DNA of 64,000 nt from Octopus vulgaris (lineage: Eukaryota). The notes beneath the pieces were generated by a model. That model was not told the origin of the DNA. It made no database searches and saw nothing but the letters and a program-made list of their open reading frames with translations. Shown one piece after another: positions 39,291-54,519 of the stretch. The stretch is taken from assembly GCA_951406725.2 (NCBI GenBank), contig OX597815.1, positions 47,368,001 to 47,432,000 on the forward strand, given 5' to 3'. The position numbers and the translations under genes were made by a program. Numbering within the stretch: position 1 is the stretch's first letter; each line of letters starts with the position of its first letter.

Positions 39291-40990
39291 ATTTGTTTCA
39301 ACACACGATTTCACAACACAAATTGGTAAACGTAATATTATCATTATAATCGTTTTTTGAATCACTCTCACTCGCACTAGACTAACACACACCATCACTT
39401 GTAAACCCGATCGTCGATTCACAAGCATTCGTAGATGAATTTATAGATTTCATTAAAAAAAAACAAGTCTAGAGTTGTTTGCTTAGAAGGTTTTTCTTTC
39501 GCTCTCTATAAATATCTCAGTAACTAACAGAAACACTTGTTATAGTAGCAGACACTTTTGTACTTCGTTCAAAATTTGGATCATGTGCTTGAAAAATAAA
39601 GCTCGTAAACCCGGGGTCACGTAAATCGGGTCCTCGTAAAGTGAGACATTACTGTACATTTGTGTGGTTGTGTTTATACAGTTCTGTCTTCTGGCCTCTC
39701 CTTATGTTCTCACCGTTTGGAAAGCATTGTTCTCTGTTTATGTCCCAAATTCTTCGTGTATTCACGAAAAGTATATGAATTACTATTATTGATGTATAAA
39801 GCATTACCGTTTTTCTTTGGAATCTACGTTTCCTTTATTGCATTGGGGTAGATACATTCGAGTTCAAAATACATTAAAAAATGGTTGAATGCAGGCAGCG
39901 AGAAAGAAACAAAATGTCTAGTTAAACAGTGTACTACAAAGTAAAGCCTATACAAATGTGTCAAAATCTACTTAATCTCAACAATGACAAACATGAGGCA
40001 TGGTTTCAAATGTTTCGTTGTTTGTATTCCACTGATAAAGGAGTGTAGATTCCTCGAACCAGCGGTACATTAATCTTGCAGAAAGTATCATTCCACAACA
40101 CTGATTCTTTGGACCAGATGTAGACCAAACTTGAAGAACTATCATTCCATAACACTTCTTTTCTAATTCTCATGGAATTTAACAACACATGAAATTTACT
40201 GCTGAGGAATACAACCTTTTTCATTTTCTTTCACTTGTTTTTGTCTTCAGATGCGTCCTTGCTGGGGCACCGACTTATTCACATACTTTATTTACGTTAC
40301 TCCCATCTATAGTCTCCCTAATTCTTTCTTTCTCTCTCACTTTCTCTCTCTTTTTGCTATCTTTCTCTCTCTCTCTCTCTTTTCTTTCTTTCTCTCTTTC
40401 TTTCTTTCTCTCTCGTTTTTCTCTATTTCTTTCACTCTCTTTCTTTCTCTCTCTTTCTTTTTCTCTCTTTCTTTCCTCTCTTTCCTTCTCTCTCTATCTT
40501 TCTCTCCCTCTCTCTCTCGATATGTGTGAGCTTGCATGTGTGTGTGAGGGGGGGTGCGTGCGTGTATCGTAATATTTCTTTTCTTCTTTCCATCATGGAA
40601 TGAAAAATGGATTCCATTCAGGAGAAATGAATTCAATCATATCAGTTATCATTTTTTTAAACAATGCCACTACAGTTATTATTTGAATGGCAGATTACCG
40701 TTCTTTTACTTTGAATTACGTCATTCTGGATGTTTCTTGGAGTGTATTTGTTGTGACCACCAACAACAAAGTTTAACAGTCATTCAGGGATCTTCTATAG
40801 AATCTCAAGACATGTGTGGAGCAAGAGCTGCATCACCCACGAATCACAATCACATCGTAGAAAAGAACAGCAAGATTTTTTGGATAATGTTGTCTTTGAA
40901 ATACATATCTGTAAAATAACAGGTAGATCATGGTCAAAAACCTTTACTTCATATAATTTCTTGATCGGGGCTAACCAGGACTAAAAGGCA

Positions 40991-41288
40991 AAGGATGAAA
41001 GGCAAAGTCGACCTCGGCGGAATTTGAACTCAGAACGTAACTGCAGACGAAATACCTATTTCTTTACTACCCACAAGGGGCTAAACACAGAGAGGACAAA
41101 CAAGGACAGACAAACTGATTAAATCGATTATATCGACCCCAGTGCGTAACTGGTACTTATTTAATCGACCCCGAAAGGATGAAAGGTAAAGTCGACCTCG
41201 GCGGAATTTGAACTCAGATCGTAGCGGCAGACGAAATACCGCTAAGCATTTCGTCCGGCATTTTCACGTTTCTGCCAGCTCGCTGCCT
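40991..41288 (-). mobile_element. SINE family A with an adjacent 65-bp partial duplicate
   Basis: 40991-41056 repeats 41175-41240 and is followed by a full copy at 41057-41288. Confidence 0.88.
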
Positions 41289-42068
41289 TCACTTTCTCGA
41301 TCCTCATCATCAGTACCCTTTCTTAGGTAGAGAGTGATCAAAAGTAAAAAAAAAAAATTAAAGACAAAACTGAATCAAGTAAACCAGCTGCATATTCATG
41401 TGTGAACTCGAAGGCCCGTTATCTTTGGCTATGAGACTTATTATGTTGATGAATTAACTCCTTTATGTATGTGAGAGAGAGAGAGAGAGAGAGGGGTAGA
41501 CAGACAGAAAGAATGAAAGAGAGACAAAGAGACAGAGAGAAAGAAAGTGGGAGGGAGAAAGATTCTGCAAGCTTGGAAAACTACGAGATATCACATTACC
41601 AGTCCATATAGTAACATTTTTATTTTCACGAGATATCTTGTTCCTTTAACAAAAAATAAAAGATAATCAAAATTCGGAGATATCTCGGGGATAACCCTGG
41701 AGGGGTTAATAATCTTTAATACTTCGTTTTAACTATGTACTCAGGAGCAGTAATATATCGGAGGTTAAACACTGTTAAAAAAAAACTAAATACTGCACTC
41801 AACTAAGGTGGGATATGAAGAAGTAGATTTTTAACCGACATCTGACATATGTAACTAATTGGATACGCTTAAGTGGAAAAGAAAAGATATGGAAGTTAGC
41901 ATTTTGTTTTGATGGCGAGTGAATCGTGAAACAGAACGATCGTATGAAAGTAGGATATCGTACTAAAAAAAAAACCATGTACAGACATATAAACACACAT
42001 ACATACATGCATACAAACATATACGTACATATGTGAGTTTGTATGTGTGCGTGTATATATATACATAC

Positions 42069-42123
<55 letters not shown>

Positions 42124-42208
42124 TTTGTATATATACATATATTTTCTATGTATATACATATATACATCTACATATGCGTATGTATATACACATATAAAAT
42201 ATATATAT

Positions 42209-42246
<38 letters not shown>

Positions 42247-43586
42247 GTAAGTATATATTTCTCCATATATATATATAAATATATAAATATATACAAATAT
42301 ATGTATGTATATTTAAACGCATATATATGCATACATAAATATATATGCATACACATCTGTATTTATATATATATATATATTATATATAAACACATACATT
42401 TAATACACACACATACGTAATTATAAGTGTTTTGTATACGCTTGTGTGTGTTTGTGTGTATATGTGCATATAGCGAGTTTGTGCATGATGCTAAAATACA
42501 TAAGATGAAGGATAAAAGGATATATAGAAAAAATGTTCCTGAGATAAAACTATTAGATAGCGTTTGTTTATTTATGACGAGATGTGTCAGTGGCTTTGAT
42601 AAGGATAATATTAGGTGTCTTTTAAGCGATAAACCTAGTGTTATGAATGTGGAAAACAAATCTTATACGTCCTCAAAAGCTGTAGAAGAACTGGATTACA
42701 GGCATGAAATGATCGATAAGAAGCGTGATGTGACGGCTTATGCGTATATATATAGGTTTGCTTACACTCAGAAATGCACACATACACACACACACATAAG
42801 GTAAAAATGCGTATGTGTATGTGTATGAAAGAATGAACGGGCGAACAACTGGTATCAGTTTAGAGCAGGAAATTCATGTATTGAAACATAATGGATGAGT
42901 TATTACAATGGGTTGTTAGAATAAAGTGTATTGTTAGAAATAAGGGAGTAAGAAGTTATGCAGATAGTCTTTTACTCACATATTTCTTACGATACACTCC
43001 GTTCAAACAACTCTATTGTAACAACTTGGTAATTATGTTGAAATATATAAATTCCATGCTCTATACTGATACGAGTTGTTCGTGTGCTCATTCCTTCGTT
43101 CTACTGTACATGTACCTGGACAATTATTTCTACTGGTCGCTGTTCAGGTCGGAGTTTTAGGTGGTCACCCAATCTATATCGACCTCTCTCTCCCTCTCTG
43201 TATATATATATACATATATATTTCCAAGAGAGTTAGATGTTGTGAATACAACCGACTTAGGGATAATATCTACTATCCAATATACTGCTGGTAGAATACC
43301 CAATTATTAATACGCAAGTGTCTTTTCATTGCATGGTAATTACACTACTGAATGTAATAAATAAATGAGGGTAAAATCCTTAATTTATACAACAATAAGA
43401 AAATGGAGGGGATCAAGAGGTGGTATTCATCAACTTTTAGACATTATATTATGTCTATTTATTTTTTTAAAAAACAATTATAACAATATACATACATGTA
43501 TAACATATTATGCTTTACATATATAATATATGAAAATACCAGTAATTATCAAAATATATAACGTAGAGCATAGAAAGTAGTATAGT

Positions 43587-43710
43587 TTCTTACAGCTGTT
43601 TCAGCCAAGAGGCCATTGTACCCCAATCTACTCCCATCCCTTCAGTGAACTGAAGTATTTGATAGATAAGATTAAGGTACTTGGGTGTGTCTCTGGGCTT
43701 CTTCAGAAAG
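43587..43710 (-). ncRNA. Type-I hammerhead ribozyme, intact core, long stem II
   Basis: Minus strand: CUGAAGA-AGCCCAGAG...CUCUUGGCU-GAAA-CAGCUG-UA. Palindromic stem III CAGCUG, weak stem I. Confidence 0.7.
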
Positions 43711-44329
43711 TTTAGAAAGTTCATAAGGTTAAGTTATAAATATAAACACATACATATATACACTTTTACATATACATACATATACATAAATATTCATAAA
43801 CACACACATATATATTTATATTTATATGTATATGTATATGCATACAAATGAATCAATAATTATTATTAGACGTATTACAATATTCTTATTAGATAAAGTA
43901 TAAACAGAGAAAGTTATTAAAAGAGAAATACTATTGGAATTTTAAAAATCAATATATCTTAAGATTATCGTAGTTATGTGGGAATGAAAAGGTATATAAA
44001 TGAGGAATACATATATATTTATATACACATATATACACACACACATATATATTATACACATATATATTTACGTACAAACATACCCATAGGTACATACATA
44101 TTACATGTGTTGAGAAGGGAGGATTATTGCAGTAGTTCTGCATGTTTCTTTTTATAATTATCATAATTATATACAAACATATATATATTTCTATTTATTA
44201 TACTGAATGATATATATGTTTGTGCATAATTATTATAATTATATAAAAAGAAAAATGCGAACTACTGCAATAATCCTCCCTTCTCAACACATGTAATATG
44301 TATGTAGTTATGGGTATGTTTGTACGTAA

Positions 44330-44407
<78 letters not shown>

Positions 44408-44598
44408 GTATATATATATATATGTATTACTCATTTATATACTTTTCATTCCTACATAACTACAATAATCTTAAGATACATTGATTTTTAAATTCCAATA
44501 TTATTTCTTTTGATAACTTTCCCTTCTGTTTATACTTTAATAAGAATAATATAATACACCTAATAATAATGATAATTGATTCCTTTGTATGCATATAC

Positions 44599-44646
<48 letters not shown>

Positions 44647-44780
44647 TTATGTATATTTATGTATATGTATGTATATGTAAATGTGTGTATATATGTATGT
44701 AATTTTATTCATAACTTAACCTTAATGAACTTTCTAAACGCTCTGACGAAGCCAAGAGACATACCCAAGTACCTTAATCT

Positions 44781-44783
<3 letters not shown>
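43666..44783. repeat. ~1.1-kb inverted repeat (arms ~520-570 bp), probable inverted PLE pLTR
   Basis: 43666-44188 is inverted at 44208-44783. Both arms reach the HHR 5' half (CUGACGA-AGCCAAGAG at 44743-44758). Confidence 0.85.
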
Positions 44784-44840
<57 letters not shown>

Positions 44841-44841
<1 letters not shown>

Positions 44842-45225
44842 GAAGCACTCCGTCGGTTCCGACGACGAGGGTTCCGGTTGATCCGAATCAACGGAACAGC
44901 CTGCTCGTGAAATTAACGTGTAAGTGGCCGAGCACTCCACAGACACGTGTATCCTTAACGTAGTTCTCGGGGATATTCAGCGTGACACAGAGAGTGACAA
45001 GGCCGGCCCTTTGAAATACAGGTACAACAGAAACAGGAAGTAAGAGTGAGAGGAAGTTGTGGTGAAAGAGTACAACAGGGATCACCACCATCTCAGATGC
45101 CGGAGCCTCGTGGAGCTTTAGGTCTTTTAGCTCAATAAACACTCACAACGCTCGGTCTGGGAATCGAAACCGCGATCCTACGACCGCGAGTCCGCTGCCC
45201 TAACCACTGGGCCATTGCGCCTCCA
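44841..45225 (-). mobile_element. tRNA-derived SINE family C, well preserved
   Basis: Minus strand has A box TGGCCCAGTGG and B box GGTTTCGATTCCC. Inserted in (TA)n. Confidence 0.9.
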
Positions 45226-45236
45226 CCATATATATA

Positions 45237-45339
<103 letters not shown>

Positions 45340-47211
45340 ACATATATATATATAGATAGATAGATATAGATATATATATAATATATATTATGACTGTAAT
45401 AATTAAATTATATATTATGAATTTTATTTTGTTTTATTATGGGTATGATCTTCTGTGTGGAGAAGTTGTCGTGCATGAAACCGGCCGTTATGCTAAGGGC
45501 GCTATGCTTTTTGTTGGTAATATACTAACTGTACTGCCAACTAACTCATTTAATAGTATATATTATTTCATCGCAAATTTTTTCGGCATAAACTTTTGAC
45601 TCAGTCATTGATACTCAAATACAGTAAGTTTTTTTTTCCTTTTCTTTGATTGTGCTGTGCAGGAATATGGTTCGTTCTTCAGATATTTATAACAGAATAC
45701 AGGAATGTCATTGTTGCTTGTTACCGACACAGCAAGATATAATTGTTACGACCTCCCTAGTTCTTTAAATGCATCTAACGTCTTTATCGAATGCATTTAC
45801 CTGCAGCTACCGAATTCCTTTTTCAGCAGAAACTGCATTTAAGCACGGTTGAATTGGCTGCTAGTGGCAAAATAGAATAATTATGCGTTCCTATCTTTCA
45901 GTTGTGTGTGGGGTGGTGGTACTCGCGCGTGCATGTGTGTCCAGGCGCAGGCATAGTATTTCTTTAATCTTTTCTTTTTTATTGTATAGATTTATTACTT
46001 TTATATGTAACTATTGGGGTGTGAATCACATGAGGAATCTGCTACATAGCTGCCCACAGCCGTCTTACAAGAAGATATATTAGAGAAAAATTAGGTATGT
46101 AGAAAGATAATGTCGGTACCCGATGACACTTTTCAAAGTCACGAGCAGCAGAATGGTTATCAAAATGCTTAGTGACACTTCTTTCGGTTGTCAGTCCTGA
46201 GTTCAAATTTCATTGAGATCGACTTCCCTTTCATCTTTTCAGAGTCGATGAAATAACCAATTATCCTTTCTCTAATTTTTCAGCTATTGTGCTTATAGTG
46301 TAAATAATTATTATAAAGCGGGTGTAACAATAACAGAACATTTACTAATGGCATGAATGTATAATAAAAGGAATGTGAAATTTATTGTGAAGATCAAGTT
46401 GAGTGAGATCTCAGTATTATACATGAGAGAGAACACAGAAAGGCAGAGACAGAAGGATATGGAAAATATAAGGATATATATATAAATAGAAAGAAAAATG
46501 AAAGGAAGGTAAGGAGAAGCATAATGCTTGTCTTGGAGTATTAAGTGAAAGGATGTCTCACTGATTAAACATTAACTCCATATAGTTTGAATTCTTAAGA
46601 AACCCTTTTGATTTCAGCACCAATTAATCAGTTTAACCCTTATTACTAACCGTAACAATGCCTGATATTTGCATTAAGCCTCTCTAGTCACCTGTTGAAT
46701 CTATGATCGATTATTCCGATGCTAACGGCAAGCGGTTATCTCTTTTAAACCCTGCCAACGTCTGCCTAATTGAATTGCTGACCGTATCTCTGTAGAATCA
46801 TTACAATGCATAAGCGTTCGTGCTTTATTTATTATATATTTTGCTTGTTTTGTTTCTTCATAATGCTGATTGGTTTATTTGCTGGTGTATAATTTATGTT
46901 GTACAAGTTTTCTGACATCAGCACATGTTTAGAAATTCATTAATTGGTCCAGCGCTTAGCAAGAATAAGAGGAATCCGTCTTGGGCTCCACCTTTGTGAG
47001 CTTTTAAGGGCATGCCTGTATTCAACTTTTATTCATCTCTCTCTCTCTCTCTCTCTGTATTTATGTATGTATGTATGTATGTATGTATGTATGTATGTAT
47101 GTATGTATGTATATATATATATATATACATATATATAAATCTGAGTGTTTATATATATATTTATATGTATGTATATATATATATGTGTGTGTGTATACAT
47201 ATATATAAACC

Positions 47212-47245
<34 letters not shown>

Positions 47246-47312
47246 GTTATATATGCGTATATAGATATGTATTTATGTATATATATACATTTATATATAT
47301 AATATATATATA

Positions 47313-47343
<31 letters not shown>

Positions 47344-47541
47344 TTATAAGTATGTAGGTATATGCATAAATGTGTGTATATATGTATATACATTTATATA
47401 TATTCATATATATATATAGTATATTCATATGCATATAACATATATCCATATACATGTACATGACATGTTAATATATATATATATATGTGTGTGTGTGTGA
47501 GTGTGTGTGTGTGCGTGTGTGTGTGTGTATATATGTTTATA

Positions 47542-47630
<89 letters not shown>

Positions 47631-47635
47631 GTGTT

Positions 47636-47981
<346 letters not shown>

Positions 47982-48179
47982 CCTTATATATTGAATATAG
48001 TTTAGTGATATATCTGTATGGACATAAGTGCGTAAGTATATTCATATAAGTTGTACGAACATACTTGTATTCTTGAAAAAAAAAGAGAAGAAAAAACAGA
48101 AAAACATTTCCGTTGCACTATTTTGTACGTGCGTGCCTCGGGATGTATGTGGCTGTGAAGTGTAAAATACCAAACCATT

Positions 48180-48960
48180 TTTTAATCATTTAAATGTTTT
48201 AAGCATAAACACTTCACATGAAAGTTTTGCAAATGTTTGAATGTTAAACCTTAACTTCCTCACCAGATGATTGATAATTAATAATAATGTTTATACCTTT
48301 CACAATGGTTAAATATTTTCTATGCAATGGCTGCGTAATCAATGAGAAGTCTTTTTCACGGTTCTTCGGTTCGCCAAATTGGAGACTTTGTTGCCAAAAT
48401 GATCTTCACATATTTTGTTATCATCCTCATTAAAATTCCTTCTTTCGTTAGGACCCGTCTTAATGAGATACATCTTCCGTTCCTGTTTTGCTTATTTCAA
48501 TAAGAGGGGAAAATTCTGATATATTCCCAACTGAATCAAATCTTGATATTCTCTATTACTCACTCCTTTTCTTTTTCCTATTGTTATTCTTGATTTATTT
48601 CAAGTTATTTTTTTTTTCAGATAAACATACACAAATGTTTTCAAACCATAAACATCCCATCTTGTTTGTATATTTTGTGCAACATTATCTAGCATATCTT
48701 CCTTTTTGTGAGATGAAAAAGCGTTTTGAGATAGATTTAGCTGATGTTTCCAACGTACACGCCTACCGCGCGGAATCTCCATCACAGGATCCTTTGCCGA
48801 TGAAAATGGTGATGATGACGTTTTCAATTCATTAATATGAAGACGTTGTTGTCATATCAAGCTTCCACTCAAACATTTTACATTTTTACATCCAACAGTA
48901 ATCTTGGAGCGGTTAAACAGGCACCTTGTGACCTGTGAAAGTTTCAGTAACTTTTTGAAG
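48180..48960 (-). mobile_element. Possible degraded hAT transposase N-terminal region
   Basis: Weak frame-broken resemblance (ERKMYLIKTGPN.., EK..H..C) to TTF-type zinc-finger hAT transposases. Confidence 0.2.
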
Positions 48961-49408
48961 AATTAACGAGTATCAACTCTGAAAACTGGAAATGGTGTTC
49001 GCTCGGGTGCAGTTTTTTAAAATTCATGCCTTAAGTTAATAAGTTTAGTAAAAATTGTCACAAAATCTTGTGTGTTTTTAAGATACTGATTTCACATAGC
49101 ATCATACAAAGACACAGAGGCAAATGCACAGGCACGCACACACGATCAAAAGTACACGTACATTAACAAACACGCATACATACCTGAACCTATTTATGGC
49201 GTATCTGTATTTTCTAGTGCATTAAAACTCGCAATAAATGAAATAAAAATACAAAATCAGCAACGCAGACGGTTCACTCCTGAAGCTGAGACATATAAAT
49301 AATTGTTTGTGCACGACTGTTTGTGTTGGTGTAAGTCTGCATGTATGTTCGTATGAGTGTGTATGTGTGTGTATTAAGTTATCAGGAGCACGCAAAACAA
49401 GAGGGACA

Positions 49409-49501
<93 letters not shown>

Positions 49502-49558
49502 GTATAAATATATATATATATATATTAATCAAAATAAAAACATGATGCCAAGGATTCA

Positions 49559-49636
49559 GCGGTACATATGTTTCGGGCCTTTATTAGACGGTTTTATAAC
49601 AATGCATAATGTGTGTCAATGGCCTTCTTCAGCCGC
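49559..49636 (-). ncRNA. Type-I hammerhead ribozyme, intact core
   Basis: Minus strand: GCGG-CUGAAGA-A-GGCC-AUUGAC...GUCUAAU-AAA-GGCC-C-GAAA-CAUAUG-UA-CCGC. Palindromic stem III CAUAUG, ~35 bp from a (TA)n tract. Confidence 0.8.
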
Positions 49637-49889
49637 GTACAATTACTACTTCAAGGACATGTATTACATTATAAGTTTTACGTTGGGGATGCAAATCCTC
49701 ATAGTCGCGTACGACAGAGTGGGGCACCAACACAAAAACGAAGTGTCCATCCCGTCTTTCGCTCGATGTAGAATAAGGAAGTTTGGATGTTGAGATAGAG
49801 AGGGAAGGGGTTGGGGGGGGTTGAATCTTTAGTGAGTTAGGGATCACAAAGAGGGAGGGTGGTGGGTGCAAAAGGTAGTAAAATAGAAC

Positions 49890-50645
49890 CTTCGGCCGTC
49901 TTCACGTTCTGTGTTCAAATTCCACCGAGGTCGACTTTACCTTTCATATCTTCGGGGTCGAGGAAATAAGTAGAATCGAGTTATCTGAACTTGCTGGCTT
50001 TATTCCAGAATTTGAAATCAATATTTCTGCTTGAGCCAGCGACATTTCGTCCGTCTTTACGCTCTTAGTTCAAATTCCACGGAAGTCAAATTTGCTTTTT
50101 GTCCTCTCAGGGTCGATGAAATAGGTACCAGTTGAACACTGCGGTCAATGTAATCAACTTACACCCTGCCTGATATTGCTGGCCCTGTACCAACATTAAA
50201 ATCAACATTTCTACTTGTGAAGATTTCAAGATCGTCGATTAACTACAGCGTCGCATAAAATGCTTAGTTGCGTTGCGGACCCCTGATAGTCCACAAAGGT
50301 AGTACTGGGAGTCCGTGAACTAAATCAAAATTTAATGTATATATATATATATAAGGATAAGCATATTAAAAGGGGTCCGTGCGAAAACTCATTTAAATAA
50401 AAGGGTAGAGAACCATTGTGAAAAGGTTGGGAACTACTGTTCTAACTCATTACTTTCTCTGTTCAAATTTCACAGGGGTTAATTTTGTTTTTTTTTATCT
50501 CACCAAGGTTGATAAAATAAATACCAGCTAGATACCAGCTAGATACCGGGCATCGATAAATACCAGCTAAATACTGGGGTTCATTGTAAATTACAATCCT
50601 TCTACCTCAAAACTGCTAGCCTTGTGCCAAAATTTGAAACAATAA
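49890..50645 (+). mobile_element. Three decayed SINE family A copies plus an hAT-Charlie-like MITE remnant (50270-50440)
   Basis: gttcaaatt..gtcga..ctttc..ggggtcga motifs at ~49913, 50068 and 50461. ggggtccgtg..aaaaggttgggaactactg end. Confidence 0.65.
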
Positions 50646-50950
50646 TTGCTTGTGACGATTTCCAGACATAATTTACAGGCTCACCAAAGAAAGTTCAGTA
50701 ATTGTTACTTCCACTGTATTCTTTTGCTAATGAGGAGGCTAGAATACATTTATTACATTCTAAGGTACGGTCGATGGTGATATTAAAAAAGGCCGTCAGA
50801 AATTCAAGGCTTTCAGTAAATCAGTGAGATTTACAAATAATGCATTTATTACTCATCTTTCAATCTAGTTTTTGCGGAAATATTTCTACATATACATAGC
50901 AATTTTCCCCGTTTCCACCTCTCTCCCTCTCCATATATATATTTATAATG

Positions 50951-50993
<43 letters not shown>

Positions 50994-51071
50994 GCCCATA
51001 CACATCCATACACACACGTCCATATATGAGGATGAAGGTGGGTCTAAGAGGAACCATATGCATCTATGGAT

Positions 51072-51160
<89 letters not shown>

Positions 51161-51411
51161 AGAGAAAGCTGGATGCATGTATGTCAACGTAAATTTAGTT
51201 ATTAATGCTTGAGCCAGAAGATTGAGTACTTCCCGATGTTTAGGTATTTAGATTTTATAGAGATGATATTGTCATTTCATAAATTCTTCCTTGATCTCCC
51301 TAGATTTCAGCATTGGGAAACTGTTAAAAGTGTAGCGTATATGAAAATAGTACATTTATTGTTGGGCTATTTGTCGTCTGGAGGTAAACTTTGCTTCATA
51401 TCCATGCCGAC

Positions 51412-51491
<80 letters not shown>

Positions 51492-51552
51492 GTAGGTAGG
51501 TAGATAGATAGATACATACATACATACATACATACATACATACATACATACA

Positions 51553-51586
<34 letters not shown>

Positions 51587-52567
51587 CATACTTACATAGG
51601 CAATAAGGACAAACAAGCACATACATACACACATATACATACATATGTGTATACACATGCGCGCTGACGCACACACAAACATGTAGAACACAACTCCGAT
51701 AACAGACAGGATCAACAACTATTGAAGAGGTTGCAAGAAGCAACGAAAATTTTAAAAAATAATAATAATAAATAATTAAATGAGTGGAAATCGAACCGGT
51801 GTGTGTGTGTTAATCAATAAGGCATTAAAAGAAGAAAGTGATCATTGAATAAAGTTTTTATGAAATGAGAGAAACTGGCGTCGATGTCAATAATATCGAT
51901 ATTATTTGCTAAAGTACTCTTAAACGTTCACACATGTTTCTATGATTTAATTGCCGCTTTCTATGTGACTCTCTTCTTTCTCTCTCTTTCTCTCTCTTTC
52001 TCTCTCTCTCTCTCACTCTCGCTCTCATTCTTTCTCTAGGAATATGACTCTTTCAAATCAATTTTATTTCGAGTTTTCTTTCGAAATATCCTTATTTAAT
52101 TGAATAGATTTAACAGTCATAATTTTGTTATACGAAAAGTAAGACTTCCTTGACGGAAAGATTCATGTTTAGCTTTCTTTGTTTCCACTTTTTTTTTCTT
52201 GTTCGTAATTTTGGATTGTTTGTAATTTTATTTTCCTTTTATAGTTTTCTTCCATATATTCATTTTTTTTTTTCACAACACACTAGCGCCATATCTAATT
52301 TACAGGATCATGAAGATTGAAGATTGATTTGCAGGTATTTGGAGGGAAAGAATTCAAATACTAATTACGGTATATCTTTAAGCTTCGACATAAGGTCGTC
52401 ATTTTCCTTTTGTTTTTAGGATACTAAGAAAAATGTGCAAAAGTTCTCAGCTGTGTTTCGAAGAAGTCATTACTTTTTACCATGTGCGTTTCTTTAACGA
52501 TATAGAGAAACATATGGGATCACAACTTTGTTTTTTCTCTTGAGTACAATCCCTTCATCCTTGGTGC

Positions 52568-52609
<42 letters not shown>

Positions 52610-53609
52610 TACATACATACATACATACATACACACATACACACATACATACATACTTACACGCATGCATGCATACATACGTACATATATACATGCATAC
52701 ATACACATACATGCATGCATGCATGCATGCATGCATATTTGCAAACATATACATACACACATACATGCATACACGTATCCATGCATGCATACATACATAC
52801 ATACATACATACACACACTCACACACATATGTACATCCTTTGTAATACTGATACAAGTCGTCACATAAACATATGAAGAAAATATTTATGAGGCATATAT
52901 ACAAATATGCATACCCACACATACACACATACACACACATACAAACACACATACACACATACTCACATATATACACATACACTTTATAATATACAAATAC
53001 ATACTTACAGGTACTCAAAGTATATTTCAACATATATATATATGTAAAAATATATATACATACACCCATACGCATATAAATTCTTACAGGTGCTCACATA
53101 TAGATGTAAAAAATATTTTCAGTGAATATATGTAAGTACGTATGTATACATTTCATGCATATATATTCGCGCGCGTGTGTGTGTAATGTGTATGTGTGTG
53201 TACATGTGTGTCCGTGTGTGTGTGTAATTATTGAGTTATAATCTTTTGGGAATTTATTTACGACGTTGATTGCATTTATGAGAAGAGAGAGAAAAATACA
53301 CTTTGTGCATGCAATCTAGAAACAAGAGCAACAACATTAATAATAGTAATAATAATAATAATCGATTTGTCAACATCACAGAGGTCGTTCATTGTAATCT
53401 AATTAGATATGCCGACACTTTGTCTGTCAGCATTTGTTGTCAGACTCTTAAGTAACTTAGACCTTTTCCACAGAATTCTTGGAAAACCCAGTTGTACTTA
53501 AGTGCTAAAACTATTTTAGAGTAATTCATTCTACCTTTTTTCCTGGCAAGCACTGCAATATTAAGACGATTCAATATGCGGGTATTATTCCTATCTGAAT
53601 ATCTATTTT

Positions 53610-53990
53610 TCTTCATATATAATATGGTGTCTAGGCAGAATACTCAAGGTCCTCTACAGAGATAGAATCAGAAATTCTGAAGTTCTGAGAAGAGCAAATT
53701 TGCACAGCCTGAAGAAGGCAGTAGTAGAAAGAAAAGTGAAACGTGTAGATTACGTTTTCTGACTGTCAAAAGAACGAATACCCAAGATAGCTAAACAATG
53801 GGCACCACCAGAGAGACAAAGGAAGAAGGGAGTGGAAACCTAAGAAGATATGACTTGTCATCCTTCAAAGAAGATCTGAAGCAACTTAAAATCACTTCGG
53901 AAGATGCAGGTGACTATACTCAAAAGTGGGATGATTGGAGACATCTTGTTTCTCGATGTACAGGCCAACTGTACTGAAGGAACTAGGATT
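53610..53990 (+). mobile_element. RTE-clade LINE 3' end
   Basis: Translates WCLGRILKVLYRDRIRNSEVLRRA..ERIPKIAKQWAPP..RKKG..FKEDLKQL..DDWRHLV with stops and frameshifts. Confidence 0.85.
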
Positions 53991-54519
53991 GAGTCTATGA
54001 AAATATAATGTTAATGCCTCTTTTTAAGAAAAACTCCAAACGCCAAAACCGTGGCCTTCAGTTCTAAATCTTCCTTAAATATTATTGTATCAATTGTATC
54101 AAAGGCTCTTTAAAAGTTAAGCGCTAAGATATCTAATGTAGTGAAAAAAAAGATACTGATATCAGAGGCTGAAAACATTGGCGCAACAATCAATTTCAAT
54201 ACTAATTAGCATGAAGCAGTTGGTTGATTTTCGAGTGCTAGAAATAGTCGCCAAATCGACCTCAAATCTTATTCCATAGTGAGATAAAAGAGAACTAGAT
54301 GTCATGTAATGTAGTCGTAGTTACCCATTAAAAGATACGTAGGCACTACTGGACTATTTTTCATGTCTATTTATTCAAGGATGACTTAGTATTAAGCCAC
54401 ACCGCCACCATCTTCTGCGTACATCGATGCACTTAGATAAATTACTTGAAATATATTCAATTTGCTCTGCATCTTTAATGTGTCACTCAAGTGTAACTCG
54501 CAAGTTATGCCATACGAAT

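Larger units (their letters stand above)
38431..39654. mobile_element. Non-autonomous Tigger/pogo-like element with nested insertions
   Basis: TIRs CAGTAATGCCTCGATATGCGAG and CTCGTAAAGTGAGACATTACTG+TA. Subterminal ctcgtaaa repeats. Confidence 0.7.

Noticed and set aside
40027-40070. Hammerhead-like CUGAUAA-stem-GAAC-CAGCGG-UA
   Set aside because: Two core changes and no stem I pairing, so it could be chance.
45150-45225. Possible tRNA gene
   Set aside because: It is the tRNA-derived head of a SINE, with no complete acceptor stem or Pol III terminator. The same applies to family A and B heads.
52299-52340. Possible micro-exon (tttacag...CAG/gtattt)
   Set aside because: Splice-like signals alone are common, and there is no ORF or homology support.
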